In this document: positions 44,597-53,657 of the stretch, one piece after another
Layout of the letters: each line of letters begins with the position of its first letter
Position numbering within the stretch: the stretch's first letter is position 1
Source of the DNA: a virus
Lineage: Duplodnaviria; Caudoviricetes
DNA: 64,000 nt
Strand: one strand, 5' to 3'
IMG/VR virus record: IMGVR_UViG_2636415863_000002
Location: 19,803 to 83,802 of that record
Notes under the pieces: generated by a model
What the model saw: only the letters and a program-made list of their open reading frames with translations
Databases searched by the model: none
What the model was told of the DNA's origin: nothing
Translations under genes and position numbers: made by a program

Positions 44597-45796
44597 TCAT
44601 GCGGCCACATCCAGCCCACCAAGATCCGCAGCCGGCATCGGAATACCAGTGGCAGCCGACACCAGGTGCGCAGCCAACAGCGGCGGCACAGCGTTGCCGA
44701 CCTGTTCGAACTGCTTGGTCTTTGTGCCCTGCCACGGATAGTCGGCGGGGAACGACTGCAGGATCGACGCCTCCTGGACGGTGATGCGCACCGTGTCGGG
44801 CCCGGCGAACTGGCTCTCTCCACCAGAACTGCGGTCGCGGTGACCAGGCGGGGACAACCGATTGGTGGCGCACACAGTGGTGGCCGGCCGCTTCAGCACC
44901 CACTGGCCACCGGACTTGGCCGTGAGGGAGGGCGCCGGGACGGCCGCGGGATCCGCCGTCTGCCTGCTGCCGTCCGGGCGCTGGTCCCGGTCCGTTGCTC
45001 CCCAGCCCAGCGCGTCGGCCATGGTGACCCATACGGGCAGCGAGTCCCCGAACAGATCGACTTCCTGCCTGGTCTGACTGTGGGTGACGGTCGGGCCCGT
45101 GATCTTCCGCAAGCTTGAGGCGATGAGCACGGCCCGTGTGCGGGTCTGCGGGACACCGTGGTTGGCCGCGTTGACCTTGCCCGTCCACACCGACCAGCCC
45201 AGCCGCTCCAGTTCCCCGGCGTAGACCTCCCACAGTGGGAGAACGGACGGCACCTGCTCGAATGCCACCCACTCCAGCGGCTCACCCAGGTCGTGGGGCC
45301 GTTGGCAGATCAGCGCGTACAGGAACCGGGCCGGTTCGACGACGAGGACTGTCGCGATGGTGTCCTCCATGGCGGCGGCTTCGACCTTCGCGTGAGGCCA
45401 CTGCTTGTCGGGCTTGCGGGCTTGGTTGGCTGCCTCCCGGATAGCGAGCGCCTCCGGGTAGATCTGGTCGCGCAGCTCCTGTCGGCAGTCCTCGCCGCGC
45501 ATCATGCGGCGGATGCCGTCGGCCAGGACGCTAATGAACTTGCGGCCGACCCCGTTGCCGGCGGTGGAGAACTTCGTGCAGGGCGGGGACATGATCAGGC
45601 CCCAGGTTTTGCCGATGATGCGGGCGACGACGAATGTGGCGATGTCGATGCGGACGGTCATATGCCCGGCATTCTTCCGGGTCTTGCATGCGGCCTCGTC
45701 CCATTCCAGGCCGATGTCGGCGAGGCCCAGCATCCGCAGGCCCTCGGACCAGCCGCCCGGGCCCGCGAATCCGTCCACGATCAGCTTGCCGCTCAT
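44597..45796 (-). CDS. DNA cytosine-5 methyltransferase
   Basis: FAGPGG, SPPCT.FS.AG, EQV, GVPQTR.R, LQSFP..Y, QVGNAVPP. Confidence 0.9.
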   Translation of the reverse strand: MSGKLIVDGFAGPGGWSEGLRMLGLADIGLEWDEAACKTRKNAGHMTVRIDIATFVVARIIGKTWGLIMSPPCTKFSTAGNGVGRKFISVLADGIRRMMRGEDCRQELRDQIYPEALAIREAANQARKPDKQWPHAKVEAAAMEDTIATVLVVEPARFLYALICQRPHDLGEPLEWVAFEQVPSVLPLWEVYAGELERLGWSVWTGKVNAANHGVPQTRTRAVLIASSLRKITGPTVTHSQTRQEVDLFGDSLPVWVTMADALGWGATDRDQRPDGSRQTADPAAVPAPSLTAKSGGQWVLKRPATTVCATNRLSPPGHRDRSSGGESQFAGPDTVRITVQEASILQSFPADYPWQGTKTKQFEQVGNAVPPLLAAHLVSAATGIPMPAADLGGLDVAA

Positions 45797-46098
45797 GCCG
45801 CGCTCCGTTCGTCGCTGGTGATCGGCACGGCGAGGACCGTGTCGTCGCTGGCCGTGACGGTCACCGGCCAGCCGTGAACCGTCGCCACGAACCCGGCCGG
45901 CCGGTCGCACGCTGCGGCCACCGCGGCGTAGGCCGCGGGGGACATCCGCCGGAGATCGGCTGCCGCGTACCGCTGCCAGCAGGCGTCACACGGAACGTGG
46001 CTGACGACTGTGCCGTCGCCAGCCAGGGCGCGGCGGGTGCCGTCCGGACGGGCAGCCTGAGCCACCCACAACGGGGTGCCGATCGGCAGGACGCTCAT
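45793..46098 (-). CDS. Hypothetical phage protein
   Basis: Coupled operon (ATGA overlaps). Confidence 0.45.
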   Translation of the reverse strand: MSVLPIGTPLWVAQAARPDGTRRALAGDGTVVSHVPCDACWQRYAAADLRRMSPAAYAAVAAACDRPAGFVATVHGWPVTVTASDDTVLAVPITSDERSAA

Positions 46099-46445
46099 GC
46101 GGCGGTCCTCCGGGTGCGGCGCTCGGCGCGGCGGGCGTGGATGTCGGAGTAGGCGGTCAGGTCCCGGACCCTGGCCGTCGGAGGAGGGCGGAGTGCCTCC
46201 TCCAGGGCCCGGCGATTGGCCGCGGCTTGGGCCGGGGTGATCGGTTGACGCCACCGGACGTAGTCCCGCACCCGCCCCGTGGGCAGTTCCTCGGCGAACA
46301 GACGCTGCTGGGGATCGACGAGCTTTCGCGCCATCGCTTGGCGGGCCCGGTAGACGGTCATCCGGTGGCAGCCAAGCCGGTGGGCGATGTGTGCGTCGGT
46401 GTGCCCACCGGCGATCAGCGCGGCGATGTCGCTACGGACCTTCAT
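46095..46445 (-). CDS. HTH DNA-binding protein
   Basis: G.TD..IA.RLGCH..TV.R.R. Confidence 0.55.
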   Translation of the reverse strand: MKVRSDIAALIAGGHTDAHIAHRLGCHRMTVYRARQAMARKLVDPQQRLFAEELPTGRVRDYVRWRQPITPAQAAANRRALEEALRPPPTARVRDLTAYSDIHARRAERRTRRTAA

Positions 46446-46753
46446 GCCGCCATCTCCTGGGCTTCGACATGGCGGCGGGGGTGGGTGTCGCCGTTGCGCA
46501 GCGGCCAGCCGTCGGCGTGGCACGGCACCCCGGGGGTGACCTGGCATTCGGGACAGCAGGCCACGGCCTGCGCCCAGCTCGAGATCCGCTGCGGGTGCGG
46601 CTGCGGCATGAGGCGGCGCTTACTGGGCGTCGTGCACGGCCGGTGCGCATGGGCCCCGCAGTGCGGGCAGGGAACGGCGCGGGCAGGGTGCTGCTTGGCG
46701 CGAAGGCTGTGGCGAATGCCGTCGGGCATCGGGGCGGCAGGGATGTGGTTCAT
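46442..46753 (-). CDS. Zn-finger protein
   Basis: Two CPxC...C...H..R units. Confidence 0.6.
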   Translation of the reverse strand: MNHIPAAPMPDGIRHSLRAKQHPARAVPCPHCGAHAHRPCTTPSKRRLMPQPHPQRISSWAQAVACCPECQVTPGVPCHADGWPLRNGDTHPRRHVEAQEMAA

Positions 46754-47082
46754 GTCTGGCTCCTGGGGTCAGTGCGGCGGCAGGCGGGGCATGGACAGGG
46801 CGGGTCGACGGTGCGGAGGTTCGCGCCGGCCTCGAGCCATTCGCGGTACTCGGCGAGAGCACGGGAGCACTCGGCCGCATCGGGCTGGGCTGGCGGGCGA
46901 CTGGGTGGCCGGGTGCCAGGTGGCCACGCCCCGGGGCGCCGGCCGGGCGACGGGGCTGCGGGCGGCTGGGTGGCCCCGACCTCTCGACGGTTCTTGCCGG
47001 TGGCGATCTGCTGGCGCATGAACTCCTTGAAGTCACCCTGCTTGCGCATCGCCCGGATGTCGTCAGGGTCGAAGTCGGTCAT
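46750..47082 (-). CDS. Hypothetical phage protein
   Basis: Coupled operon; C-terminal CPCPAC. Confidence 0.5.
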   Translation of the reverse strand: MTDFDPDDIRAMRKQGDFKEFMRQQIATGKNRREVGATQPPAAPSPGRRPGAWPPGTRPPSRPPAQPDAAECSRALAEYREWLEAGANLRTVDPPCPCPACRRTDPRSQT

Positions 47083-47834
47083 GACGCCTCGCCCTCGGGC
47101 TCGACAATCTCGGCGTCGGGGATGTGCTCCTCGGCCTGCATGCGAGCCAAAGCAAGCCGGGACGCCTCGCGGCGGCGCTCTTCCTCGCGGGCCCGCTGCG
47201 CCGGATCCGTCGCCGGCCGCCCGGATGCCGCGGCGAGACGGGCCGAGTGCGGAGTAGCCCTCGGCTTGCCCATCGGCTGCTTACGGCTACCGCCCGGCGT
47301 CTTGCACGGCCGGCCGATCGCCGCCTGGCACTGCGGACACTCGACGCCCAACGGGCCAGCCCGGCGCACCGCGTCGGCGAGCGCCTCCTCGTCCGAGTCG
47401 GGAACGTCGCGGCCGACCGTGTAGCCGCGGGCCTCCAGCCCCCTCGCGAACTCCGGGTGCGGGCCACCCTCAAGCGCCAGCCGGCCAGCAGCCGGAGCAA
47501 CGCGGCCGGAGGCTATGGCCTGCACCTGGCCGCGGTACCGGGCCAGGTACTCGGCAGTCGACTCATCGCCGATCGGCTCGTACTGGAAGTTCTCTAACCG
47601 CTGCGACCGGATCTTGGAGCGAAGCGTGCGGACGTGGTGCGGCAGGATCCACAGCTTGCCGTCAGGATCCTTCGGGGCGGTCGTGTAGTAGCTGGCGACG
47701 GCCGCCTTGGCGTCGGCATCCAGCGGCACGTCGTGGAGCGCGGCGGCCCAAGCCACCGCTGCTCCCTGGCTCGGCTTGCGGTTGTCGAACGCTGCGCAGT
47801 GGCCCAGCAGTTCGGCAGCTTCTCGTGGATTCAT
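47079..47834 (-). CDS. Replication accessory (helicase loader/inhibitor-like) protein with Zn finger (contains a TTA codon)
   Basis: M...EAA.LL...AAFDNR.....AW..AL; directly after rep; TTA at 47595-47597. Confidence 0.6.
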   Translation of the reverse strand: MNPREAAELLGHCAAFDNRKPSQGAAVAWAAALHDVPLDADAKAAVASYYTTAPKDPDGKLWILPHHVRTLRSKIRSQRLENFQYEPIGDESTAEYLARYRGQVQAIASGRVAPAAGRLALEGGPHPEFARGLEARGYTVGRDVPDSDEEALADAVRRAGPLGVECPQCQAAIGRPCKTPGGSRKQPMGKPRATPHSARLAAASGRPATDPAQRAREEERRREASRLALARMQAEEHIPDAEIVEPEGEAS

Positions 47835-48997
47835 GCAGAGTCCTCGGTCGCGGTGTCGTAGTCGGCTAGGGAGGCAGCGACGGCGCCCCAGCCGGCGAGG
47901 TTGGTGTCGGTGCCTGGCAGCGGCTGGCCGGAGGCGAGGGCGATGACGTTGCTGGGGTTCTGGGTCTGACGAAGTTCGGAGAAGGCGAACTGGAGGGTGC
48001 CGGCGCTCACGGGCTTCGACAGGAAGCCGAGGCGTTCAAGGGCCTGCCACAACTCGCTGGAGGTGGTGCCGTTGGCAAGGGTTTCGGCGATGACCTTGCG
48101 GACCTGGCGCTTGTTGTAGGCGTTGCCGCGGGCGTACCGCTCAAGGAAGGCGTCGGTCATCCGGTCTTCGATGGCCCTCTCGCCCGTCTGCGAGACGGTG
48201 GGGCTGGCGGACGACTGCCGGGGGGTAGGGGGGGTTCCCTTCCCTTCCCTTCCCTGTTCCCTTCCCTTCCCTTCCGTCAGTGAATGGTTCAGTGAAGAAA
48301 TCTCACCGTCCGTATCCATGAAGGGCTCAGGATTCACGTTTGCGTGAGGTTCATTCACTGAATCATTCACTGAACGATTCAGTGAATCGTTCAGTGAATC
48401 CTCAATGCCTGCCAGTCCCGCGGGCGGAATGAACTCCTCCCCGTCGTGGCAGTCCTGCCTGCTCCTTGCACACACCTGGTGCACGGCACGCACGTTGGAC
48501 GGGTGATCAGTGCCCCCAGCGGCCACCGGGCGGATGTGGTCGACCCAGAGGTTGTGGTCGTCGTTGGCGACCAGTCGGCGCGGGATCTCGCCGCCGCACA
48601 ACTGGCACATCCATCCGTCGCGACGGGCGTACATCTCCCGCACCTGCCACGCTCCTGTGGACGGCGGCGGCAGCTTGCTCTTCTGAGGCCGGTTGATCCG
48701 TTGGTGCTTACGGAAGTTGACGACCACTGCCATCTGCTGCCGCGCCGACCCTCCGATGAACGGGAAGACGAGACCCGTATCCGTGAGGCACTGCATCAGC
48801 TTGCCGACGTCGCCGATCGTGAGGTCGTCGTCGTACATGAACGCTTGCGCCTTGATGTAGGCCGGCGTCCACCGGAGGATCCCCTCGTCGTCCGCCATGT
48901 TGAACGTCGCAATGAACAGCAGCCGAGCGTCGCGCGGCACAACGCCGAGGAGCTCGTCTTCCCAGAACTCCGGCTTCACAGTGCGGATGCGGGGCAT
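47831..48997 (-). CDS. Phage replication initiator with an embedded HNH domain
   Basis: MPRIRTVKPEFW.D...ADDEG...NF.KHQ.IN.P..SK.P; RDGW.CQLCG...DHI.P...GG.D...N. Confidence 0.75.
   Translation of the reverse strand: MPRIRTVKPEFWEDELLGVVPRDARLLFIATFNMADDEGILRWTPAYIKAQAFMYDDDLTIGDVGKLMQCLTDTGLVFPFIGGSARQQMAVVVNFRKHQRINRPQKSKLPPPSTGAWQVREMYARRDGWMCQLCGGEIPRRLVANDDHNLWVDHIRPVAAGGTDHPSNVRAVHQVCARSRQDCHDGEEFIPPAGLAGIEDSLNDSLNRSVNDSVNEPHANVNPEPFMDTDGEISSLNHSLTEGKGREQGREGKGTPPTPRQSSASPTVSQTGERAIEDRMTDAFLERYARGNAYNKRQVRKVIAETLANGTTSSELWQALERLGFLSKPVSAGTLQFAFSELRQTQNPSNVIALASGQPLPGTDTNLAGWGAVAASLADYDTATEDSA
48277..48400. repeat. Iterons, candidate phage origin within rep
   Basis: TTCAC/GTGAA palindromes at 12-bp period (48353, 48365, 48377, 48389) plus copies near 48277 and 48289; AT-rich. 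Confidence 0.65.
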
Positions 48998-49001
48998 CAG
49001 T

Positions 49002-50294
49002 TCACGCCCCCGCCATCGGCTGGGCGGCGATCTCGAAGACCGACAGGTTGCGGGTAATGGCAGTAGAAAGATCGGTGTCCTCGTATGCGCCGGCAGCCGC
49101 AGCGGCGGCCCACAAATCGTGGACTCGGAATCCGCCGTCACCTTGGATTCGATCGATCGACCGATTGACCGCTTCGCGCTCCTCCACGCTCGGCCAGCGG
49201 TGGCTAGTCGCAGCAGACGATGCAGCCCAGAAGTCGACGGCGCGCTGCCGTGCCCACTTCACGTTGGCCGACTCAAGGTGATCGACGTCGAGCCCGAGGT
49301 ACAGATGCGGGGTCAGGTGGGATCCGGCAAATGCTGCAGCGAGATGGATCTGCTCGGTGCTCGCACCGGACCTCGCAAGCGCGGAACAGGACTCGGTGAA
49401 GGCCTTGAACTCGTCCGTCGACGGCCTCGCCCCGCTACTGGCTGCCCACGCCGACTCCCAGATGTTGAGGGTTCCCATGTGGCGGGCTTCCGCCGCGATG
49501 TCGGCGAGGCCTTCCGGAATACTCGAGTACCCGATCCAGGCAGCGTGCTTTGCCGCCCTGATGATCTCGTCGGCGCCGATGCTGTCTTTGACTGCCTCGA
49601 CGACGCCCGCTCGCAGTTCTGCTTCCTGCGCATCCGTAAGGGCTTCGCAGGTTTCGTAGCGCCACACCTCGAGGGCAGCCGCCGCCAGGGCCTCAGGAAG
49701 CGGAGACAGCTCAGGCTGGGGTGCGTCGGGAGCGACGATGCGCCGGGCTTCAGCCTGCAACGCGGTGACCTTGTTCCAGGCAATGCCGCAGCAGTAGCGG
49801 AAGGTATTCTCCGGCTTGACCTTCTCGTTGGTCATGCCGATGTCGACGATGTCTCCCCACATCCAGGTGGGGACACCGGCGACGCGGAACCGGTCCATGG
49901 CCGGCTTCCAGTCGTTCGGGAGCGGCACCTCCTTGGCCTCACCCTTGCCGACATGCCAGCGGTTCCATTCGGCGAGGAAGGCGTCGCGGTATTCAAGCTT
50001 GGGGGTTTCCTGCTTGCGCAGGTTGTCGGCTGCCTGCTTCATGGCGTCGGCCCAGCGGAGGGCGTCCTGGCTGACGTTGTCGACGTGGTGTGCGTCGGGG
50101 CTCGCCGAGCTTTTGCCGCTGTTGCAGTCCTGGCATGCGGTGACGAGGTTGTCGGGGGTGTCGGTGCCGCCGAGCGCGACGGGGGTGACGTGGTCGATGC
50201 GCAGCGGCACGTCGGGGGCGGTGGCGCCGCAGTAGCGGCAGGTGTGCTGGTCCCTGCGGAGGATCTCGTAGCGGAGTCGCTTGGAGACGGCCAT
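49002..50294 (-). CDS. HNH endonuclease with long unknown C-terminal region
   Basis: LRYEILRRD..TCRYCG...IDHV.P...GG.D..DNLVTAC.DCN.GK. Confidence 0.8.
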   Translation of the reverse strand: MAVSKRLRYEILRRDQHTCRYCGATAPDVPLRIDHVTPVALGGTDTPDNLVTACQDCNSGKSSASPDAHHVDNVSQDALRWADAMKQAADNLRKQETPKLEYRDAFLAEWNRWHVGKGEAKEVPLPNDWKPAMDRFRVAGVPTWMWGDIVDIGMTNEKVKPENTFRYCCGIAWNKVTALQAEARRIVAPDAPQPELSPLPEALAAAALEVWRYETCEALTDAQEAELRAGVVEAVKDSIGADEIIRAAKHAAWIGYSSIPEGLADIAAEARHMGTLNIWESAWAASSGARPSTDEFKAFTESCSALARSGASTEQIHLAAAFAGSHLTPHLYLGLDVDHLESANVKWARQRAVDFWAASSAATSHRWPSVEEREAVNRSIDRIQGDGGFRVHDLWAAAAAAGAYEDTDLSTAITRNLSVFEIAAQPMAGA

Positions 50295-50449
50295 TGGTGG
50301 GTTCCTTCGGACGGTGCGGTTGATGGCGGGCGCGTGGAACCAGGCCCTCAGGGCGGTCGCTTGTCGCGGCCCTGGCGCATCGGAGGCTCGTGTACATAAT
50401 AGCGCTCACCGCGCTCATGTACATCACGTCTGTGAGGTACACTGCCGAC

Positions 50450-50668
50450 ATGACCGCGCTGAAGAAGGAGCACCAGGAGAAGATCGCGGACGTGCGCAAC
50501 GCGCTCGCCGATGCGATCGAACGAGCCCGCTACTACGACGAGACGACTGTGATGACGTCCCGCGGAAAGCGTGTGGCCGTCCTGGTCGGCATGGACTTCT
50601 ACGAGCGCGCCTTGGAAGCCCTCGGCGAGGAACGCGTCCTCGTCCCCAAGTTGCCTGCCTCCGACTGA
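50450..50668 (+). CDS. Phd/YefM-family antitoxin-like regulator (orphan)
   Basis: I.DVR..L.D.I.RA......MT.RGKRVAVLV. Confidence 0.7.
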   Translation: MTALKKEHQEKIADVRNALADAIERARYYDETTVMTSRGKRVAVLVGMDFYERALEALGEERVLVPKLPASD

Positions 50669-50729
50669 CCTCATCCCTCTCCCCTCCCTTCCTCGCCCCG
50701 TGGTTTCCGTGGGGCGTTGTTGTGTGCGG

Positions 50730-51158
50730 CTACAGGTAGGTGCCGGTGAGTGGCGCGTCGTGGGTGGTGCGGGGCGCTGGGGCAGTGGGCTGGGGCGCAG
50801 GCACGGATGGGGCTGCGGGTGGAGGGCCTGGGGGAGGTCCGTAGTGGTCGCCGAACACATCGATCCCGTCTGGGCCGGCCAGTAGGGCCGCGGCCGCTAT
50901 GCCCTCGACCAGGTCCTGCGTCGTCCGTGTCACGACGTCACGCTGTCTGCCCTTGCGCGGCGTCCTGTCGGAGAACAGCAGGGCGTCACCGCGTGCGCCC
51001 AGGGAGGCGCCACCACGGCGGGACGTGCCGATCAGCCACGCCTCGCTCACTTCACCGCGTGCGGCCCGGTACTCGAGGTCGCGGATCATCAGCGGCACCG
51101 CGAGCTGGAGGAATTCCCGTAGCTGCTCGATCGGATTGTCTGGCTCGGGCTGGCGCAT
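50730..51158 (-). CDS. Hypothetical phage protein
   Basis: L.LAVPL.I...GD.LLF...L..GIA..A...G...FG.H; coupled start. Confidence 0.5.
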   Translation of the reverse strand: MRQPEPDNPIEQLREFLQLAVPLMIRDLEYRAARGEVSEAWLIGTSRRGGASLGARGDALLFSDRTPRKGRQRDVVTRTTQDLVEGIAAAALLAGPDGIDVFGDHYGPPPGPPPAAPSVPAPQPTAPAPRTTHDAPLTGTYL

Positions 51159-52219
51159 CAGGCCACCGCCAGTTCCTGCTTGTGCTGCCGTCGCGCCGCA
51201 CCACGGGCACGCTCGCAGGCCCGGCAGCGGCGGGACTTCCGGCCGTCCTTGCCTCGCCGGGTGTAGCGGGTGTTCTCCGGCGTGTACTCGTGGTCTTGCG
51301 GGCAGTGGGTGGACACGCCGGCCCGGGATGCGACGCGTCGGTCTGTGCCCTTGGTGGGTGGGGCGGTCTCGGGCGAGAACCATAGGTCGCGGAAAGTGCC
51401 ACGGCCGAGTCGGATGCGGGCGGTGAGCGTGCCGTACTTCAGGCCGAGACTCTCGGCGGCCCGCTGGTAGTCTTCTTGGGCCGCAAGGGCCACTACGGCT
51501 TCTCGCTGGTGCTCCGGGAGGGTGGCAAGCACCTGGTGGACGGCGATGCGTTCGGTTAGCTGCTCGTCGGCCGGGGGAAGGGATACCGGTCGCCAGTAGA
51601 TGGCGAACCGGGGGGCGGTGGCCACTGCGTACCTCTGCCTGTTCCCGTAACATTTGTCTTCGTCAATGAGTTGAGGCTGCCAGTAGGCAGCGAAGCGGCG
51701 ATCACAGTCATCCCGCTCAACGTAGTCACGGGGAATTCCGTAGAGATGCCGCTGCTCACGGATCTCCGTGTAGATCGCCTGCCATCCCACGCGGGTCAGC
51801 TCGTTCCAGCCGGGCGGGGTTTCGGCGGTGCAGAGGTGCTCGGCGATCGCTGACCATGCCGTGTCGTAGCGGGTGATCATGTCGGATGACAGGGACCGGT
51901 CGGCGGCGCATGCGGTGCGGGCCAGGGCGTGCAGGTCCCGGAGTGTGTAGCCGTGTGCGACGTGGTCGGGTGCGCTGGTGTCCGGGGTGGGGGTGGGCTC
52001 GTGCTCGATGGGCTTGAGGGCGAACTGCCCGACGTGTGCGTGGTGCTGGACGATGCTTCCCGTGAGCGCCGCGAAGTCGAGCTGGATGTCGACCTGTCCG
52101 CCGAGGAGTCCGCGGGCGTGCCGGTGGATAGTGGCGGCAAGGTCGGTGGGACTGTCACCAGTGACAGTGCGGCGGGTGGATGGGTGGCCGGTTGGGGTGA
52201 TGGTGAGCTGGTAGTCCAT
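51158..52219 (-). CDS. Sigma-70 region-4-like protein with C-terminal Zn motif
   Basis: L..LPEHQREAV.......Y..AAE.LG...GT...RI..GR; THCP..HEY..EN...RRCRAC. Confidence 0.6.
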   Translation of the reverse strand: MDYQLTITPTGHPSTRRTVTGDSPTDLAATIHRHARGLLGGQVDIQLDFAALTGSIVQHHAHVGQFALKPIEHEPTPTPDTSAPDHVAHGYTLRDLHALARTACAADRSLSSDMITRYDTAWSAIAEHLCTAETPPGWNELTRVGWQAIYTEIREQRHLYGIPRDYVERDDCDRRFAAYWQPQLIDEDKCYGNRQRYAVATAPRFAIYWRPVSLPPADEQLTERIAVHQVLATLPEHQREAVVALAAQEDYQRAAESLGLKYGTLTARIRLGRGTFRDLWFSPETAPPTKGTDRRVASRAGVSTHCPQDHEYTPENTRYTRRGKDGRKSRRCRACERARGAARRQHKQELAVA

Positions 52220-52243
52220 AGAGGTCTCCGGTTGTTCTGGGGG

Positions 52244-52318
52244 TGCCCGAGACGGGAGTCGAACCCGCAGCTGAGCGGTGTTTAAGACCGCGGCGTCTTC
52301 CAGTTGCGCCACTCGGGC
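52244..52318 (-). tRNA. tRNA-Leu(UAA), bldA-like, short variable loop
   Basis: GCCCGAG/CTCGGGC acceptor, GCG/CGC D stem with GG, GCGGT-CTTAAAC-ACCGC anticodon arm, GCGGG-TTCGACT-CCCGT T arm, discriminator A; CCA not encoded. Confidence 0.85.
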
Positions 52319-52357
52319 CTGGTGCCCCGCGGCTCTGGCTGCGGGGCGTTGTTGCGT

Positions 52358-52621
52358 CTAGGCGGCGTTCGGCCGGTGGCGGGTCTTGTCGATGGCGGCT
52401 CGTTCGCGGGGTGTTTTGCCTCCGCGGATTGCGCTCCTCATCTGGGGTGGCAGACCCAGCTCTTTGGTGAGGGCGTCCTCTAGGCAGGTCGTCTCGACGG
52501 GGCATCTGGCGCAGGTGGCTTTGGGCTCCCGAACCGTGGCCGAGTTGCAGACGTCGGGGGCGAAGAGGTCCGGGTCGATCTGGGCGCAGAGGGCCTGGTC
52601 GCGCCAGTCGCGGCGGCTCAT
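52358..52621 (-). CDS. WhiB-family transcription factor
   Basis: W...ALC...DPDLF...K..C..CPV...CL..AL...I.GG.T..ER. Confidence 0.85.
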   Translation of the reverse strand: MSRRDWRDQALCAQIDPDLFAPDVCNSATVREPKATCARCPVETTCLEDALTKELGLPPQMRSAIRGGKTPRERAAIDKTRHRPNAA

Positions 52622-53460
52622 GCGGCGACCTCCAGGTTGCTGACGCTGGCCATGGCCGGCTTGGTGAAGCGGTCCTTGCGCATGTCGCGGAGGAGGTCGT
52701 GCACGTAGTCGCGGGACATGCCGAGCCGGTTGGCGATCTCGTGCTCGGGGATGTTGAAGGAGGCGAGGTGCTCGATCTCGGCGCGGCGAAGGGCTGCTAG
52801 TTCCCGCCGGTTGTCGAGGTCTACGACGTTCTGGTCTGTCTCGGGTGTCGCGGCGGGGTCGTCGATGTTGTCGTCCCAGGCGGCCACGGACTTCCAGCCG
52901 AGCCGGGCTGCTCGCGCTTTGGCTTTGCCGTCGGTGCCGGGGATTGCACTGAGGCGCTTGTAGGCGGCAGCCATGCCTTCAGCGACGGCTACGCGAACAG
53001 TTGGCGGTTGCTTGTCGAGGAGTCGCCCGAGGTGGTTGACGGCCATGGGGACGCTGGCTGCGATCTTGTAGTAGGAGTGACCGATTGTGTGCAGGGCTTG
53101 AGCTCGACGGATCGTTCCGGTGCTGTCAGTCACGGCGTGGAAGGGGGTTCCGGTGGGCCCGGCCGAGGCGAGGATGCGGGCGGCCACCTTGGGCGCGACG
53201 GTGGGCTGCCCGGCGAGGATCTTGCTGATGTCGCCGCTGCTTCCGCCGACGACGGTGATGATCTGGGTGTGGCTGTAGCCCTGGTTGCTCCACTGCTCGA
53301 GGCGCTGGCGCACGGGTGTGGCGTCCACACGGATGGGGCGGTGGATGGTGGCTACTCGGTATTGCTTGCAGTAGCGCTTGTTGGCGTCGATGCATTCGGG
53401 GCGGCGGCATCCGCGGAGGTAGCAGGCGCGTTCTCCGTGCTGAGGCGGGGTGCGGGTCAC
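52618..53460 (-). CDS. Multi-HTH phage DNA-binding protein
   Basis: HG...Y..GCR...C, several HTH-like segments, AWDDNIDDP. Confidence 0.6.
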   Translation of the reverse strand: MTRTPPQHGERACYLRGCRRPECIDANKRYCKQYRVATIHRPIRVDATPVRQRLEQWSNQGYSHTQIITVVGGSSGDISKILAGQPTVAPKVAARILASAGPTGTPFHAVTDSTGTIRRAQALHTIGHSYYKIAASVPMAVNHLGRLLDKQPPTVRVAVAEGMAAAYKRLSAIPGTDGKAKARAARLGWKSVAAWDDNIDDPAATPETDQNVVDLDNRRELAALRRAEIEHLASFNIPEHEIANRLGMSRDYVHDLLRDMRKDRFTKPAMASVSNLEVAA

Positions 53461-53657
53461 GGTCGGGGCTCCTTCCGGGTGTTGCGGCGGCGTCGGGCGG
53501 GGTGGCGCCAGATGCGTTCGAGGGCGGCAAGTTCGGGGGCGAGTCGGTTGCGGCGGCGGTTGGCGAGGTGGGTGAAGGCGGCGGCGATGAGGAGCGGGGC
53601 GACGATGAGGAGGGCCGCGGCGGCGAGGGCGGCAATGTGCGCCAGGTCGGCGCTCAC
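53457..53657 (-). CDS. Small membrane protein
   Basis: One TM helix then a basic tail. Confidence 0.5.
   Translation of the reverse strand: MSADLAHIAALAAAALLIVAPLLIAAAFTHLANRRRNRLAPELAALERIWRHPARRRRNTRKEPRP

Noticed and set aside
48235-48274. (TTCCC)n phase-variable microsatellite
   Set aside because: In-frame GKGREQGREGKG linker typical of phage initiators; the frame is intact
52244-52318. tRNA as the prophage attachment site or an ochre suppressor
   Set aside because: It lies mid early operon far from int with no duplicated 3' end seen; anticodon UAA reads UUA (Leu), not the UAA stop
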